DNA from: Myxococcota bacterium
GTDB lineage: Bacteria > Myxococcota_A > UBA796 > SXON01
NCBI GenBank assembly: GCA_049322475.1
Contig: JBMOQZ010000309.1
Span: forward strand, 1,320 to 65,319
Length of the DNA: 64,000 nt
Direction: 5' to 3'
Shown piece after piece: positions 38,001 through 46,055 of this stretch (positions within the stretch are counted from its first letter, which is position 1; every line of letters starts with the position of its first letter). Made by a program: the position numbers and the translations under genes. The notes beneath the pieces are model-generated. The model had not been told where the DNA came from, searched no databases, and was given only the letters and a program-made list of their open reading frames with translations.

Positions 38001-40192
38001 TCGTTGTCGTCGTCGAAGCGCTTGGACGGCGAGAAGAGCGTCTTGTCGTGGTTGATCCACCCGACGATGAGCAGCACCTCCGGGTGCAGCACGCGCTCCT
38101 TCTTGTTGAGCTCCTCGTACTGCCACCCCTTCGGAGACACGAGGCCACCCTGTCGGACGAAGGTGACATCGTCGTAGCCGGTGTAGGTGGCGTTGACCCA
38201 ATCCGCCACGAGGTTCAGCGGCACCCAACCCTGCCGGGCGCTGACGCCGTCGATGTCGTCGAAGATGGCCGGCCTGATGACCTCGAGGAGGCGTCGGACC
38301 TGCCGCACCGCCTGGGCGTCGCTCGGCCGCGCCATCGCCCGGTCCATCTTCGGCCAGAGCGCGCCCGAGAGGTACACCTCGGCGGGGAAGAGCTCGTCGA
38401 AGCTGTCCCCATCGACGCACCAGCCGGCCCCCACGACCTTCGCGAGGACCGTGTGGGGGTCGAACCGCCCGCCCACGGAGGCGTGGTACTCGGTCAGCTC
38501 CCGGACGGAGAGCTTCCGCGCCGCGCGGTAGAGGTGCTCAGCCTGCGCGACCACGTCGTCGGCGCGCCCGGTGTAGCGGGGCTCGAACACGGGCGGTTTG
38601 CGCCGCAGGCCGTCGATCAGGTGCCCGGCGCGGTCGAAGGCCGAGAGGAAGCGCTCGGCGCCGGTGTTCCCGCCGCGCGCGAGCTTCACGAGCTCGACCA
38701 TCGCGTGCGGGTTGCCGTTGCTCGTGTGCCAGGCGGTCAGTCCGTCGTGGAGCTCCGGCCAGAGCAGCGGCGGCTCCTCGGCGTTCTCGGCGGCGACGAG
38801 CGCGAGGTACTTGTCGACGCGCAGGCCGAGGAGGACCGCGCTGGCGAGCTCGCGCGGGAGGTCGGTGACGTCGGCCTCCGCGTTGCGCGTGACCCCCACG
38901 CGCCCCGCCGCCGTAGCGGGCTGGGCCGCCTGCTTCGACGGGAAGGCGATGACCTTGCAGTCCCCGCAGATCGGCCGCTCGACCAGGGCCGGGAGCCCCG
39001 TGAACTCGCCCTGAACCTGGTAGCCCCAGCGCGGCTTGGCGGTCTGGTCGTCCTCGCCGTGGTCGTCGCCGACCTCCCGCCCGAGGATGTGACGGGGGAA
39101 CTCCTTGAAGTAGCCCCCCGCGACGATGCCCTCGTCCGCGGCGTCGATCGCGTCGAGGTCCCCGCCACGCGCGCGGAAGAACAGCAGGTCCGTGACGAGC
39201 ATCGCGCCGGGGAAGATGGCCTCGCGTCGCTTCTCGTTGATGCTCGGGAGGCGGAACGCCGCGGCGAGGTGGTGTCGCTTCAGCACCTTCTCGCGGAGCG
39301 CCACGAACTGCGCCGTGCGGCTGGTGAGGAAGCCGCCGGGGACGAGGAAGACGCCGAGCCCGTCGGGCGCGAGCAGGTCGAGGCCGCGCCGCAGGAAGTA
39401 GTGGTACGCCATCTTCTCGCGGTAGGCCCGGTCGGGGTCCTCCGCGACGGACGCGCCCCGGATGCCGTAGGGCGGGTTGGACACGACGAGGCCAAGGCGC
39501 CCGCGCGCGGCGGCGCCCTTCTCGCGCACCCAGCGCTCGAACGGAGCGTTGGTGAGGTCGAGGTCGGGCCGGAGGGCCTTCAGCATGAACGAGGACAGTG
39601 CCGACCACTCCACAGCGTGCCAGGTGAGGCCGGGCACGGTCGCGAAGGCGTGGATGAAGCGGCCGATGCCCGCCGAGGGCTCGAGCGCGTGGACCGTGTC
39701 GCCCTCGTGCGGAAGCGACGGCACGAGCGGCGCCACGACGCGCGCGACCTCGCGTGCGACCTTCGTGGGCGTGTAGAACTCGTGCACGAGCCCGCGTTCC
39801 TCGGGGACCGGGAAGCCCGCGGGGAACTTGTCGGCGACGGCCTTGATGGAGAGGCCGCCCCAGCCCGAGTAGCCGGCGAGCACGCCGCGCTCCTCGGCGG
39901 TCGGGGCGCGGCGCTCGGCGTACAGGCGTGGCGCGATCGCCATCGCCGCGAGGTTCGCCGCCGTGCGCTTCGCGACCGTCCAGAACTCGGGGATGTCCTC
40001 CTGGGCGAAGGAGGAGTTGTTCGCGGCCTGCATCCGGGCGAGGAGCGGGCCGAGGTTCTGCTCGATGACCGCCTCGAGCGCGAAGCGGTTCCGTTCGAGG
40101 AAGTTGTCGAGGTAGGCCACGTCGACGCTCGCGGGGAGCCGCGTGCGGACGATGGGGACGATGGAGTCGAGGAGGCGGGCGGCGGCGGTCAT
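35054..40192 (-). CDS. 1,712-aa fusion of N6-adenine DNA methyltransferase and SNF2-family helicase (DarB-like architecture)
   Basis: MTase motif I LEPSAGIGRF and motif IV VVSNPPYG. Helicase motif I FDVGVGKTYTG, II LLIVDEAQNYKN, III LLSATPAKNSP, VI QQRNGRGVRQGN. ATG at 40192. Confidence 0.85.
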   Translation of the reverse strand: MTAAARLLDSIVPIVRTRLPASVDVAYLDNFLERNRFALEAVIEQNLGPLLARMQAANNSSFAQEDIPEFWTVAKRTAANLAAMAIAPRLYAERRAPTAEERGVLAGYSGWGGLSIKAVADKFPAGFPVPEERGLVHEFYTPTKVAREVARVVAPLVPSLPHEGDTVHALEPSAGIGRFIHAFATVPGLTWHAVEWSALSSFMLKALRPDLDLTNAPFERWVREKGAAARGRLGLVVSNPPYGIRGASVAEDPDRAYREKMAYHYFLRRGLDLLAPDGLGVFLVPGGFLTSRTAQFVALREKVLKRHHLAAAFRLPSINEKRREAIFPGAMLVTDLLFFRARGGDLDAIDAADEGIVAGGYFKEFPRHILGREVGDDHGEDDQTAKPRWGYQVQGEFTGLPALVERPICGDCKVIAFPSKQAAQPATAAGRVGVTRNAEADVTDLPRELASAVLLGLRVDKYLALVAAENAEEPPLLWPELHDGLTAWHTSNGNPHAMVELVKLARGGNTGAERFLSAFDRAGHLIDGLRRKPPVFEPRYTGRADDVVAQAEHLYRAARKLSVRELTEYHASVGGRFDPHTVLAKVVGAGWCVDGDSFDELFPAEVYLSGALWPKMDRAMARPSDAQAVRQVRRLLEVIRPAIFDDIDGVSARQGWVPLNLVADWVNATYTGYDDVTFVRQGGLVSPKGWQYEELNKKERVLHPEVLLIVGWINHDKTLFSPSKRFDDDNEKDIDKIRMKKAAEWDASFKGWCSATPERRLAIEHAYNRQFRGYIAPTYTAEPLSIARWRKDGPRLHPHQVAGARRVLANRGGLLAFDVGVGKTYTGIATLARSRQEGWCKRPVVLVPNSIVWKWEADIRRVLPDYRIAVIGSKKKVISRGERKGLATSDTDTPQERAEKWTRFQAGEYDVVLLTYTALGRTRMNEKAVRAYAEQCEAIQREVALRRRNAAKRKKLSERDEAILREGIAAWVAQQMELAEGWEYDPGIAWDDIGVDLLIVDEAQNYKNLYLPEDREGGVPRFMGNPGDGSKRAWQLDFRCAAVRRKTGGTGVVLLSATPAKNSPLEFYNLIQYVDPDAWRRMGIRDPEQFIDRYLRIEIKPVVTPSMEVEERGAVVGFQNLHELRDTILRYGEFKTAEDVGLKLPDPKVEMVEVDMDAAQDAKYDRYVREIEAALKSDDPSDKAKILGLLARMALVAIHSQLDAGYSWKNADQVSDPSSPKFDALAERVLANRTCGHIVFVDNVAAHRWVKMTLVSAGIAEDRIGVLNAEVAPNAADRQRIAKEFNGEPETDTKPKFDVVIANAIAYEGIDLQTRTCAIHHLDLPWEPATLQQRNGRGVRQGNTLSAIAIYYYFARRSQDGLRFNLIQGKRGWMTELLKSQNRDTNNPGAQMDMGPEEILLLISRNPEQTRARLEAVRVQREAEAKKKIATEASKLLRAINARFRNAERTRDGVEAARLRGEAEERLKHLSRVNVEAWPWAAASVVVRETPVLVPEGGGPLHEGLRVGVPSAWNASKIDYVEFGKVTKDGQIAFRSAGEAGWRMLKADSAQFGSLKPEHYGVTFPVDEESFTVKAAGTVANDRLRYSGDWPGLGWQHAPDAWVERTWPLVADTLVGALAKVSYYNAQSQRLPVVGPSGLRVVNAGAAAGTAGVTVLPPTEAGWQAFLAQAPASGLKFAELAEAGRWWWGRTIPRNLLSADEGKGDDDAREAS

Positions 40193-40296
40193 GGGGAGTC
40201 CTCGGTCGGCATGACGAGTGGACTTGGCACGAGGCGGAGCGTCGCGAACGCCCGTCGGGTCCACCGGCGAGGCCAGAACCTGGATACATCCAGTGC

Positions 40297-41022
40297 ATGG
40301 GCTCGATGGCGCGGTGGTACGTTCGGTGCGGGGACGATGCAGAGCTTCTGGCCCGCCTTCGCAAGCAGCACTCCGCGGCAGTGATCGACGCGCCCTCTGC
40401 GTTCGCCAGCCTTCCCGCCCCGGACGATGTAGGCGAGGCGGGCGTCCTGGAGATGTCCAACAGGTACGGTGCCGAAGTTATCTACCTCGGCTTCGTCAGT
40501 TCGACGGACTCCTTTGCCTTTACCCACTGCGTGGATGGACGCTGCGTGCGCCACCTGCGGTACGGGTGGGCGGAGGAGGAGCGCTGGTGGGAGGTCGTCG
40601 TTGGCGAACCCGAAGGGTGGGAACGCGGTGCCTTCTTCGAAGAGGCGCAGCTTGCGGACATCGATGAGGGGGACCCTGAGCGGGACGAAATCGTCGAGCT
40701 GTTCCGGCTTGGCCGGGTGAGGGCTGGCACCGGATGGCCCATCCTCGACGCGCGCGAAGCCGCCAGGGCGGCGGCGGTGCACTACCGCCTTACCGACTGG
40801 ATTGACGATTGGGGCGAGGGAGCGAACTCCCCTCGCCGAGAGATAACCACCCCCTCCGGGAGCATCATCTCTGTACAGCGCAGCGCCACGGCCGGGCCCG
40901 CTCCTCCCCCCGCGACCCCGACCGAACCTGCCGCTCCGCAACCCGCTGCGAGCGACCGCCCCTCGCCGCCCGTTGATCGTCCCAATGAGGCCACGAAAAA
41001 GCCGTGGTGGCGATTCTGGTAG
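40297..41022 (+). CDS. Hypothetical protein (241 aa), opposite strand to its neighbours
   Basis: ATG at 40297. Protein-like sequence with a Pro/Ala-rich tail ending KKPWWRFW. Composition is lower in GC, consistent with an acquired insert (moron). Confidence 0.5.
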   Translation: MGSMARWYVRCGDDAELLARLRKQHSAAVIDAPSAFASLPAPDDVGEAGVLEMSNRYGAEVIYLGFVSSTDSFAFTHCVDGRCVRHLRYGWAEEERWWEVVVGEPEGWERGAFFEEAQLADIDEGDPERDEIVELFRLGRVRAGTGWPILDAREAARAAAVHYRLTDWIDDWGEGANSPRREITTPSGSIISVQRSATAGPAPPPATPTEPAAPQPAASDRPSPPVDRPNEATKKPWWRFW

Positions 41023-41042
41023 GGTGAAGCAGCGGGTGCGCG

Positions 41043-41303
41043 TCATGCCGCCCCCTTCCCGATCTTCTCGATCAGCTCCCTGTCCCGCTCCGACAGCTCG
41101 ATCTGCACGGTGACCTTCACGCCCTTCCCGAGCAGGTACGCCCCCCAGACGAGCGCCCCGTAGGGCCCCATCGAGAGCAGGTAGTCGAGGCTCGGGCCGG
41201 CGCCGGCGGGCGCGCCGAGGCTGCCGCTGCCGTCCTGCGCGAATGCCACCGCGCACGACGCGAGGATGAGCGCCGGACCCACGCCGAGGAACCAGCGGCT
41301 CAC
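41043..41303 (-). CDS. Small membrane protein (86 aa)
   Basis: GTG at 41303 overlaps the upstream stop (GTGA). Hydrophobic segments WFLGVGPALILASCAVAFA and YGALVWGAYLLG. Confidence 0.45.
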   Translation of the reverse strand: MSRWFLGVGPALILASCAVAFAQDGSGSLGAPAGAGPSLDYLLSMGPYGALVWGAYLLGKGVKVTVQIELSERDRELIEKIGKGAA

Positions 41304-42838
41304 GACCCGCCTCCCATCTGCGCCGCGGCCTGCTTGATGGCGTCGGCGAAGGCGTTGACGAGCAGCTTGTCCTTCTCGGGATCGACGGCCGGCGCCTTCG
41401 GCTTCCGGGCGCGCGGCGCCTTCGTCGTCGGGACGGCCTGGGGGGGCGCCGCAGGCGGCCACACCGGCTGCATGGGCACCGTAGCGGAGGGCGTCTCGCG
41501 GGCGGTGATGCCGGAGGCGACGTCGTTGGGCGAGCGGGCGGCCTTCCCGATCTTCTGCTGACCCGCCGAGCACGACTTGGCCGCACGTGCGGCCGCCAGC
41601 GACACGCGCTCGGCGATGCGGCGCAGGGTGGCGACGATGTCGGGCTTCTCGCCCCGCTCGAGTGCCTCGCGCGCCTGGTTGTAGGCGTCCGCGCCCCGGC
41701 GCAGATCCTCCCACGCCATCTTCTGCTCCTTCCCCGAGCAGAGCGGCGACTTCACCAGCGCCTCGGCGCGACGCAGGAGCTTCGCCGCGCGCCCGAGCAG
41801 ATCGGGGACCTCGGTGGTGCCCCAGAGCGACTGCGAGGACTCCTCGAGCGCGGCGGCCTCCTTCTCCGTCGCCGACGCGATCTTCGCCACCGACGTCGGG
41901 CACGCCGGCGCCTCGGGCATCGGCACCTCGGCGAGCGCCGGAATCACCGCGACCCCCGGCATCCCGGTGAGCCCGAAACCCGCGGCGAGGTCGGGGGTCG
42001 TGGTGACAGGGGGGGCGCCGCCACTTCCCACGGAGTCCGTGGGGAGTCGGCCGCGGGTGAGCGCGCTCGCGTGCTTCGTCGCTTTGCCCTTTTCGCGCTT
42101 CCCGAACTTCGCGACGACGCCGCCGACCTCGTTGACGACGACCCAGCCGTCCGCCTGCTCCACGGCGCGGAAGCTGGACCGGGGCTGGTAGCGGCCGGTC
42201 GGGTCCTTCGCCTCCTTCGGCGGGGTGTACGGGTGCTGCGCGGCGTACTCGGGGTCCACCGTGTTGCGGCGCCGGGTGTCGCGGAAGGTGCACGCCTCGG
42301 CGACGAGCCCGACCACGAGCCCCATGCCGGCGGTGATCGCGTCGGAGAGGCCAGAGCGCTCGACGCTCTCCTGCTTCGCCTTGCCGAACCACTTCTCCGC
42401 GCGCTCGAAGGTGGCCGTCCAGCGGCCGTCGGGCCTCGAGGCGAGCTTGAGCACGCCGTAGCTCGCGACCTTGCGCTCGAGCGCCATCCGGGGGGTGCCG
42501 TTGTCGCACACGAGCGTCCCGGCCCACTTCCCCTTCAGAGTCGCGGGGCCGGCTGGCGGCGGGCTCGCCTTCATCTTGCGCAGCTCGGCCACCGCAGACG
42601 TGGGGTCGGTGTCGAGCTCGGGGGCGTGCGAAGGCGCGAGCCCGAGGTCGGTGCGCCACACCTTCGCGGGCTGCTTCTTGACCTGGTGGACGAGCAGCGC
42701 CGTCCCCTCGCGCGGGCGCATGGCGAACGCGACCTCGCCCCCGCAACCCCGCCCGTAGGCGAGCAGGATGCGCGGCACGTCCTCGTCGGAGCCGACGATG
42801 TTCAGGCGGAACTTCTCGATGGCGTTGGTCGTGGTCAT
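41300..42838 (-). CDS. Hypothetical protein (512 aa)
   Basis: ATG at 42838 (MTTTNAIEKFRLNIVG..). No P-loop or other motif recognised. Starts 2 nt after the stop of the upstream gene. Confidence 0.55.
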   Translation of the reverse strand: MTTTNAIEKFRLNIVGSDEDVPRILLAYGRGCGGEVAFAMRPREGTALLVHQVKKQPAKVWRTDLGLAPSHAPELDTDPTSAVAELRKMKASPPPAGPATLKGKWAGTLVCDNGTPRMALERKVASYGVLKLASRPDGRWTATFERAEKWFGKAKQESVERSGLSDAITAGMGLVVGLVAEACTFRDTRRRNTVDPEYAAQHPYTPPKEAKDPTGRYQPRSSFRAVEQADGWVVVNEVGGVVAKFGKREKGKATKHASALTRGRLPTDSVGSGGAPPVTTTPDLAAGFGLTGMPGVAVIPALAEVPMPEAPACPTSVAKIASATEKEAAALEESSQSLWGTTEVPDLLGRAAKLLRRAEALVKSPLCSGKEQKMAWEDLRRGADAYNQAREALERGEKPDIVATLRRIAERVSLAAARAAKSCSAGQQKIGKAARSPNDVASGITARETPSATVPMQPVWPPAAPPQAVPTTKAPRARKPKAPAVDPEKDKLLVNAFADAIKQAAAQMGGGS

Positions 42839-42839
42839 G

Positions 42840-43496
42840 TCACTTTCCCAGCTTGGGGAGGATGAAGAAGGCCGCGCCGGCGAGGCCCAGGGCCGCGACG
42901 AGCCAGCCCACGCCGGCTCCGCCGCCGCCTCCGGCATCCGGCACGGTCGGGGACGGGGAACGCGGCGCCGTCGCGTTCAGCCGGGCCAGCGCGTCGGCGA
43001 TCGCCGGGTCGCGCTCGATGAGGGCGACCTCGTCGGCGAGCGTCTGCGCCTCCTTGTAGTGGACGACGGCCCACGCGACGCCGGTGAAGGACACCGCGAT
43101 CACGGCGCCCGCCGCCGCGAGGGCGATGACGATGCCGGCCCAGCCGACGGCGATGGCCTTCCCCTTCTCCGCCTCGGTGGCCGGCCGCTCGTACCAGGTG
43201 TAGCCCTTCGCGTGCGCGGCCCAGGTCGTGAGCAGCTCGACGGTCCGGCGCAGCTTCCCCGTGAGCTCGGGGTCGCCGGGCTTCGCGGCCAGCGCCTGCA
43301 CCGCGGCCACCTGCGCACGGACCAGCCGCGCGCCGGTGTCGGCCACGATGGTCCGGTACGCCGCGACCACGCGCGCCACCGCGTTGCCGTTCTGCTCCAC
43401 TGCGGTCTGCACGCGGCTGAGCGACTGCTCCGCGGTGATGCGCATCGCGTTGATGCGCTCCGTGACGGCGTCGGCGTTGATCGGCAGGGTGGTCAC
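42840..43496 (-). CDS. Membrane protein (218 aa)
   Basis: GTG start. TM segments AIAVGWAGIVIALAAAGAVIAVSFTGVAWAVV and GVGWLVAALGLAGAAFFILP. Confidence 0.55.
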   Translation of the reverse strand: MTTLPINADAVTERINAMRITAEQSLSRVQTAVEQNGNAVARVVAAYRTIVADTGARLVRAQVAAVQALAAKPGDPELTGKLRRTVELLTTWAAHAKGYTWYERPATEAEKGKAIAVGWAGIVIALAAAGAVIAVSFTGVAWAVVHYKEAQTLADEVALIERDPAIADALARLNATAPRSPSPTVPDAGGGGGAGVGWLVAALGLAGAAFFILPKLGK

Positions 43497-43498
43497 GT

Positions 43499-44377
43499 TC
43501 AGCTCCCGGTGCGGCGCGGGTCACAGCCCACACCCGCCGCGGTTGGGGCCGCGCCCGGGGCGGGCGGGGCGGGCTGCGCTGGCGAGCCCTCCGGGTTCGG
43601 CGTGAGCTTCTGCTGGATGCGCTGCTTCACCAGCGGGTACAGCACGAGCGGGAGGATGCCGACGTTGTCCCCGGCGATCTTCTTGACCGCAGCGTCCGAG
43701 ACGAGCTGCACGATGAATAGGCCGGGGCTCACGGTCGCGACCATCGCCCGCTGGCCGGGGCGGGTCTGGATCTGTCCGCCGTCACCCAGCGGGATCGGCT
43801 TCGACCACTTGGGCGCGAAGGCCGACTTCACGGTGTCGAGCACGTTGCGCTTCGGGGCGGCCGGCTTCGCGGGCGCGGAGGCCGCGGGCCGGGCGGGGGC
43901 GCCGGGCTTGGCCTTCGGCTTGAACGGCCAGACGCCGAGCTCGGCGTCGAGCCAGTTCCCGTCGCCCTCGGTCTCGGGCGCGTCGGGCAGCTCCTCGAGC
44001 TCCTCGTCCGGGTCGTCGTCCTCGTCGGCGGGCTCCGCCTCGGGGATGTCCTCGAGCGCGGCGTCCATCTCGTCCTCGCCCGGCTTGAGCGCGCGGCGGG
44101 GCTTCTTCGGCTTCCAGCCGAGCAACTTCAGGTCGCTCATCACTACGCGGAGGTTGGTCTTGGCCTGGCGCACGGCGCCCTTCCAGCCGAGCGGCTTCCG
44201 GATGCGCAGATGCGCGATCCGCTTCTTCAAGCGGAACGCCTTGCGCAGCTTGCGACGGATCTCGCGCTGCTTGGGCGAGCGCTTGCGGCGAGGGCCGGCG
44301 ACGCCGTCGCGGGCGAGCTCGCCGGCGAACTCGACGCGGTTGACGACGCGGGCACGGATGTAGCGGGACGAGGTCAT
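43499..44377 (-). CDS. Charge-block protein (basic N-terminal ~95 aa, then an acidic run, then a Pro/Ala/Lys linker and a C-terminal domain)
   Basis: ATG at 44377 overlaps the upstream stop (ATGA). RRKRSPKQREIRRKLRKAFRLKKRIAHLRIRK.. is followed by DEMDAALEDIPEAEPADEDDDPDEELEELPD. Confidence 0.55.
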   Translation of the reverse strand: MTSSRYIRARVVNRVEFAGELARDGVAGPRRKRSPKQREIRRKLRKAFRLKKRIAHLRIRKPLGWKGAVRQAKTNLRVVMSDLKLLGWKPKKPRRALKPGEDEMDAALEDIPEAEPADEDDDPDEELEELPDAPETEGDGNWLDAELGVWPFKPKAKPGAPARPAASAPAKPAAPKRNVLDTVKSAFAPKWSKPIPLGDGGQIQTRPGQRAMVATVSPGLFIVQLVSDAAVKKIAGDNVGILPLVLYPLVKQRIQQKLTPNPEGSPAQPAPPAPGAAPTAAGVGCDPRRTGS

Positions 44378-44946
44378 CGAGACTCCCTGCGCCGGGAGCG
44401 GCGCGAACGACGGGGGGTGCGGTGGGCGTCGGGATCGCGGCGGAGACCGGCGAGGCGGACGCGGGTGACGATGCGCTCGTGGCACTGGCGGCCGTCGAGG
44501 CGCTCCTCCAGCATCCCGAGACGCGCGGAGGGGTCGTCGAACCAGACGGAGCCGTTGACGACGTAGCGGACGATGCAGTGGTAGAGCCCGTGGCCGCCCT
44601 CGCGGACGTGCGTCGTGAGCGCGACCTCCGCCGGGATGCTCTCGAGCCGCGCGGCCCGCGCCTCGGTGTAGCCGGGGTCGCGCGGTGACAGCGCTCTCCA
44701 CCCCCGCGCGATGAGCTCACCCGCACGCGCGGACGCGAGCGCGTCGCAGTCCTCCCAGCCCTGCGCGAGGAGCTGGATGTAGTCGGACCAGGTCTCCTCC
44801 TCCTCGCGCGCGTACCGAACGCTCGTCGCGTAGAGCAACGGCAGCGACGGCCGCTCGCGGAGCAGGCGCGCGTTGCAACGGGCCAGCCAGTTGAGCAGGC
44901 TGACCGCGTCGCGTTCGTTGAAGGTGAGGGCGACCGTGATGTTCAC
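44374..44946 (-). CDS. Transglutaminase-like (papain-fold) cysteine peptidase
   Basis: Cys motif AQGWEDCDALASARAGELIARGW. His/Asp motif GLYHCIVRYVVNGSVWFDDPS (H...W.DP). Confidence 0.55.
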   Translation of the reverse strand: MNITVALTFNERDAVSLLNWLARCNARLLRERPSLPLLYATSVRYAREEEETWSDYIQLLAQGWEDCDALASARAGELIARGWRALSPRDPGYTEARAARLESIPAEVALTTHVREGGHGLYHCIVRYVVNGSVWFDDPSARLGMLEERLDGRQCHERIVTRVRLAGLRRDPDAHRTPRRSRRSRRRESR

Positions 44947-44973
44947 GACGGCGTCCGTGGGGTGGGAGTTGGA

Positions 44974-45387
44974 TCAGGTGGTGAGCTGGAAAGGGCCGTT
45001 CGAGACGGCGTCGACGGTGCCGTAGACCGTGGGGTTGGTGCCGCCGCCGAGCACCAATCGCGCCCGGATGTACGGGAGCAGCGCGACGTTCGCGGCCTCG
45101 ATCACCTCGAGGTAGGTGCCCGGGGCCGTGCGGCTCACCCCGGTCGCGAGGTCGAGCCAGGTCGAGCCGTCGACCGAGCCCTGGATGACCCACTGCGCCG
45201 TCGGCGAGGTGGCGCCGCCGGAGAAGTTCATCGAGGTGACGAACCGGAAGTCCTGGGCGTCGTCGGTCTGGAGGTCCCCGTTGCCGGGCAGGATCCGGTA
45301 GGTGGTCCCGTTCGTGGTGACCGCGACCGCGGCCGTCGACAGGATCTGCAGGAGCTTGGTGGAGAGCTGGTAGGCGTAGCAGCGCAT
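44974..45387 (-). CDS. Small beta-sandwich protein (137 aa)
   Basis: Alternating beta-strand pattern. WVIQGSVDGSTWLDL resembles discoidin/jelly-roll type domains. Confidence 0.5.
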   Translation of the reverse strand: MRCYAYQLSTKLLQILSTAAVAVTTNGTTYRILPGNGDLQTDDAQDFRFVTSMNFSGGATSPTAQWVIQGSVDGSTWLDLATGVSRTAPGTYLEVIEAANVALLPYIRARLVLGGGTNPTVYGTVDAVSNGPFQLTT

Positions 45388-45405
45388 GGCGGCAGTTCCC
45401 GGGGG

Positions 45406-46038
45406 TCAGAGGTGGAGGAGGAAGACGAGCCGCCAGGCGTAGTTGCCCGAGGGCAGGACGAGGCGGACGGTGGCGGCGTCCCCGATGAGGGCGCCGGGCG
45501 AGGGTTGGGCGTTGCCGGGGTACCGGCCGCGCGTGACGCCGTTCACGTCACGGAGTTCGAGGAACGAGGTGGAAGCGAGGGCGTTGTCGGAGAGCTCGAG
45601 GCGGCCGAATCGGGCCCAGGGGGGCGGCGACACGTCGACGTTGGCTCCCTGCGCGACGTCCGCGAAGCTTCCGCGCGCGGTGAGTTGGTTCTCGGTGTCG
45701 CAGTACCCGTCGGCGATGGCCGCCCGCGCCTGGATGCCCGCGGATGTCGAGAGGTTGGCCCCGAACACTTGGAGCATCGTCGCGTGGACGCAGATCCGGG
45801 CGCAGCGCGGGACGTCGAGGACCGCGGTGCGCGTGGCGCCGCCGCCGCCCGACCACACGAGCTTCGCCACCCAGGGCGTCTGCTCGTCGGACCAAAGGTC
45901 GACGATGCGCCACGCACCCTCGCCATGTCCGGAGGACTGGGCCGTGAGCACCTCCGTCTCGGTGCCCGTCACCCCGGCGGTCGCGGAAGCGGGGAGCTTC
46001 GCGGTGCCGGAGCGACGGGAGAGCTGGCAGGTGCCCAC
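45406..46038 (-). CDS. Beta-rich protein (210 aa), jelly-roll-like
   Basis: Coherent ORF 18 nt upstream of the next gene, with strand-like segments (TRTAVLDVPRCARICVHATMLQVF, VRLVLPSGNYAWRLVFLLHL). Confidence 0.5.
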   Translation of the reverse strand: MGTCQLSRRSGTAKLPASATAGVTGTETEVLTAQSSGHGEGAWRIVDLWSDEQTPWVAKLVWSGGGGATRTAVLDVPRCARICVHATMLQVFGANLSTSAGIQARAAIADGYCDTENQLTARGSFADVAQGANVDVSPPPWARFGRLELSDNALASTSFLELRDVNGVTRGRYPGNAQPSPGALIGDAATVRLVLPSGNYAWRLVFLLHL

Positions 46039-46055
46039 GGCTCACCCCGGCGCGA

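Noticed and set aside
35402-40384. 1,660-aa ORF on the plus strand. Similar very long ORFs occur at 11416..14586 (+), 16098..18089 (+), 1028..2470 (-), 48338..51016 (-), 50094..52334 (-), 53128..55194 (-) and 63135..63878 (-).
   Set aside because: These are antisense or out-of-frame shadows of genes with unambiguous motifs (methylase-helicase, hsdR, hsdM, sigma-54 EBP and others). Their translations are Arg/Gly/Pro/Ala-rich low-complexity strings, typical of stop-codon-poor high-GC DNA.
41300-42838. 512-aa protein as a possible terminase or packaging ATPase of the virion-like block.
   Set aside because: No Walker A/B or nuclease motifs are visible. I found none in any other gene of 41-56 kb either.
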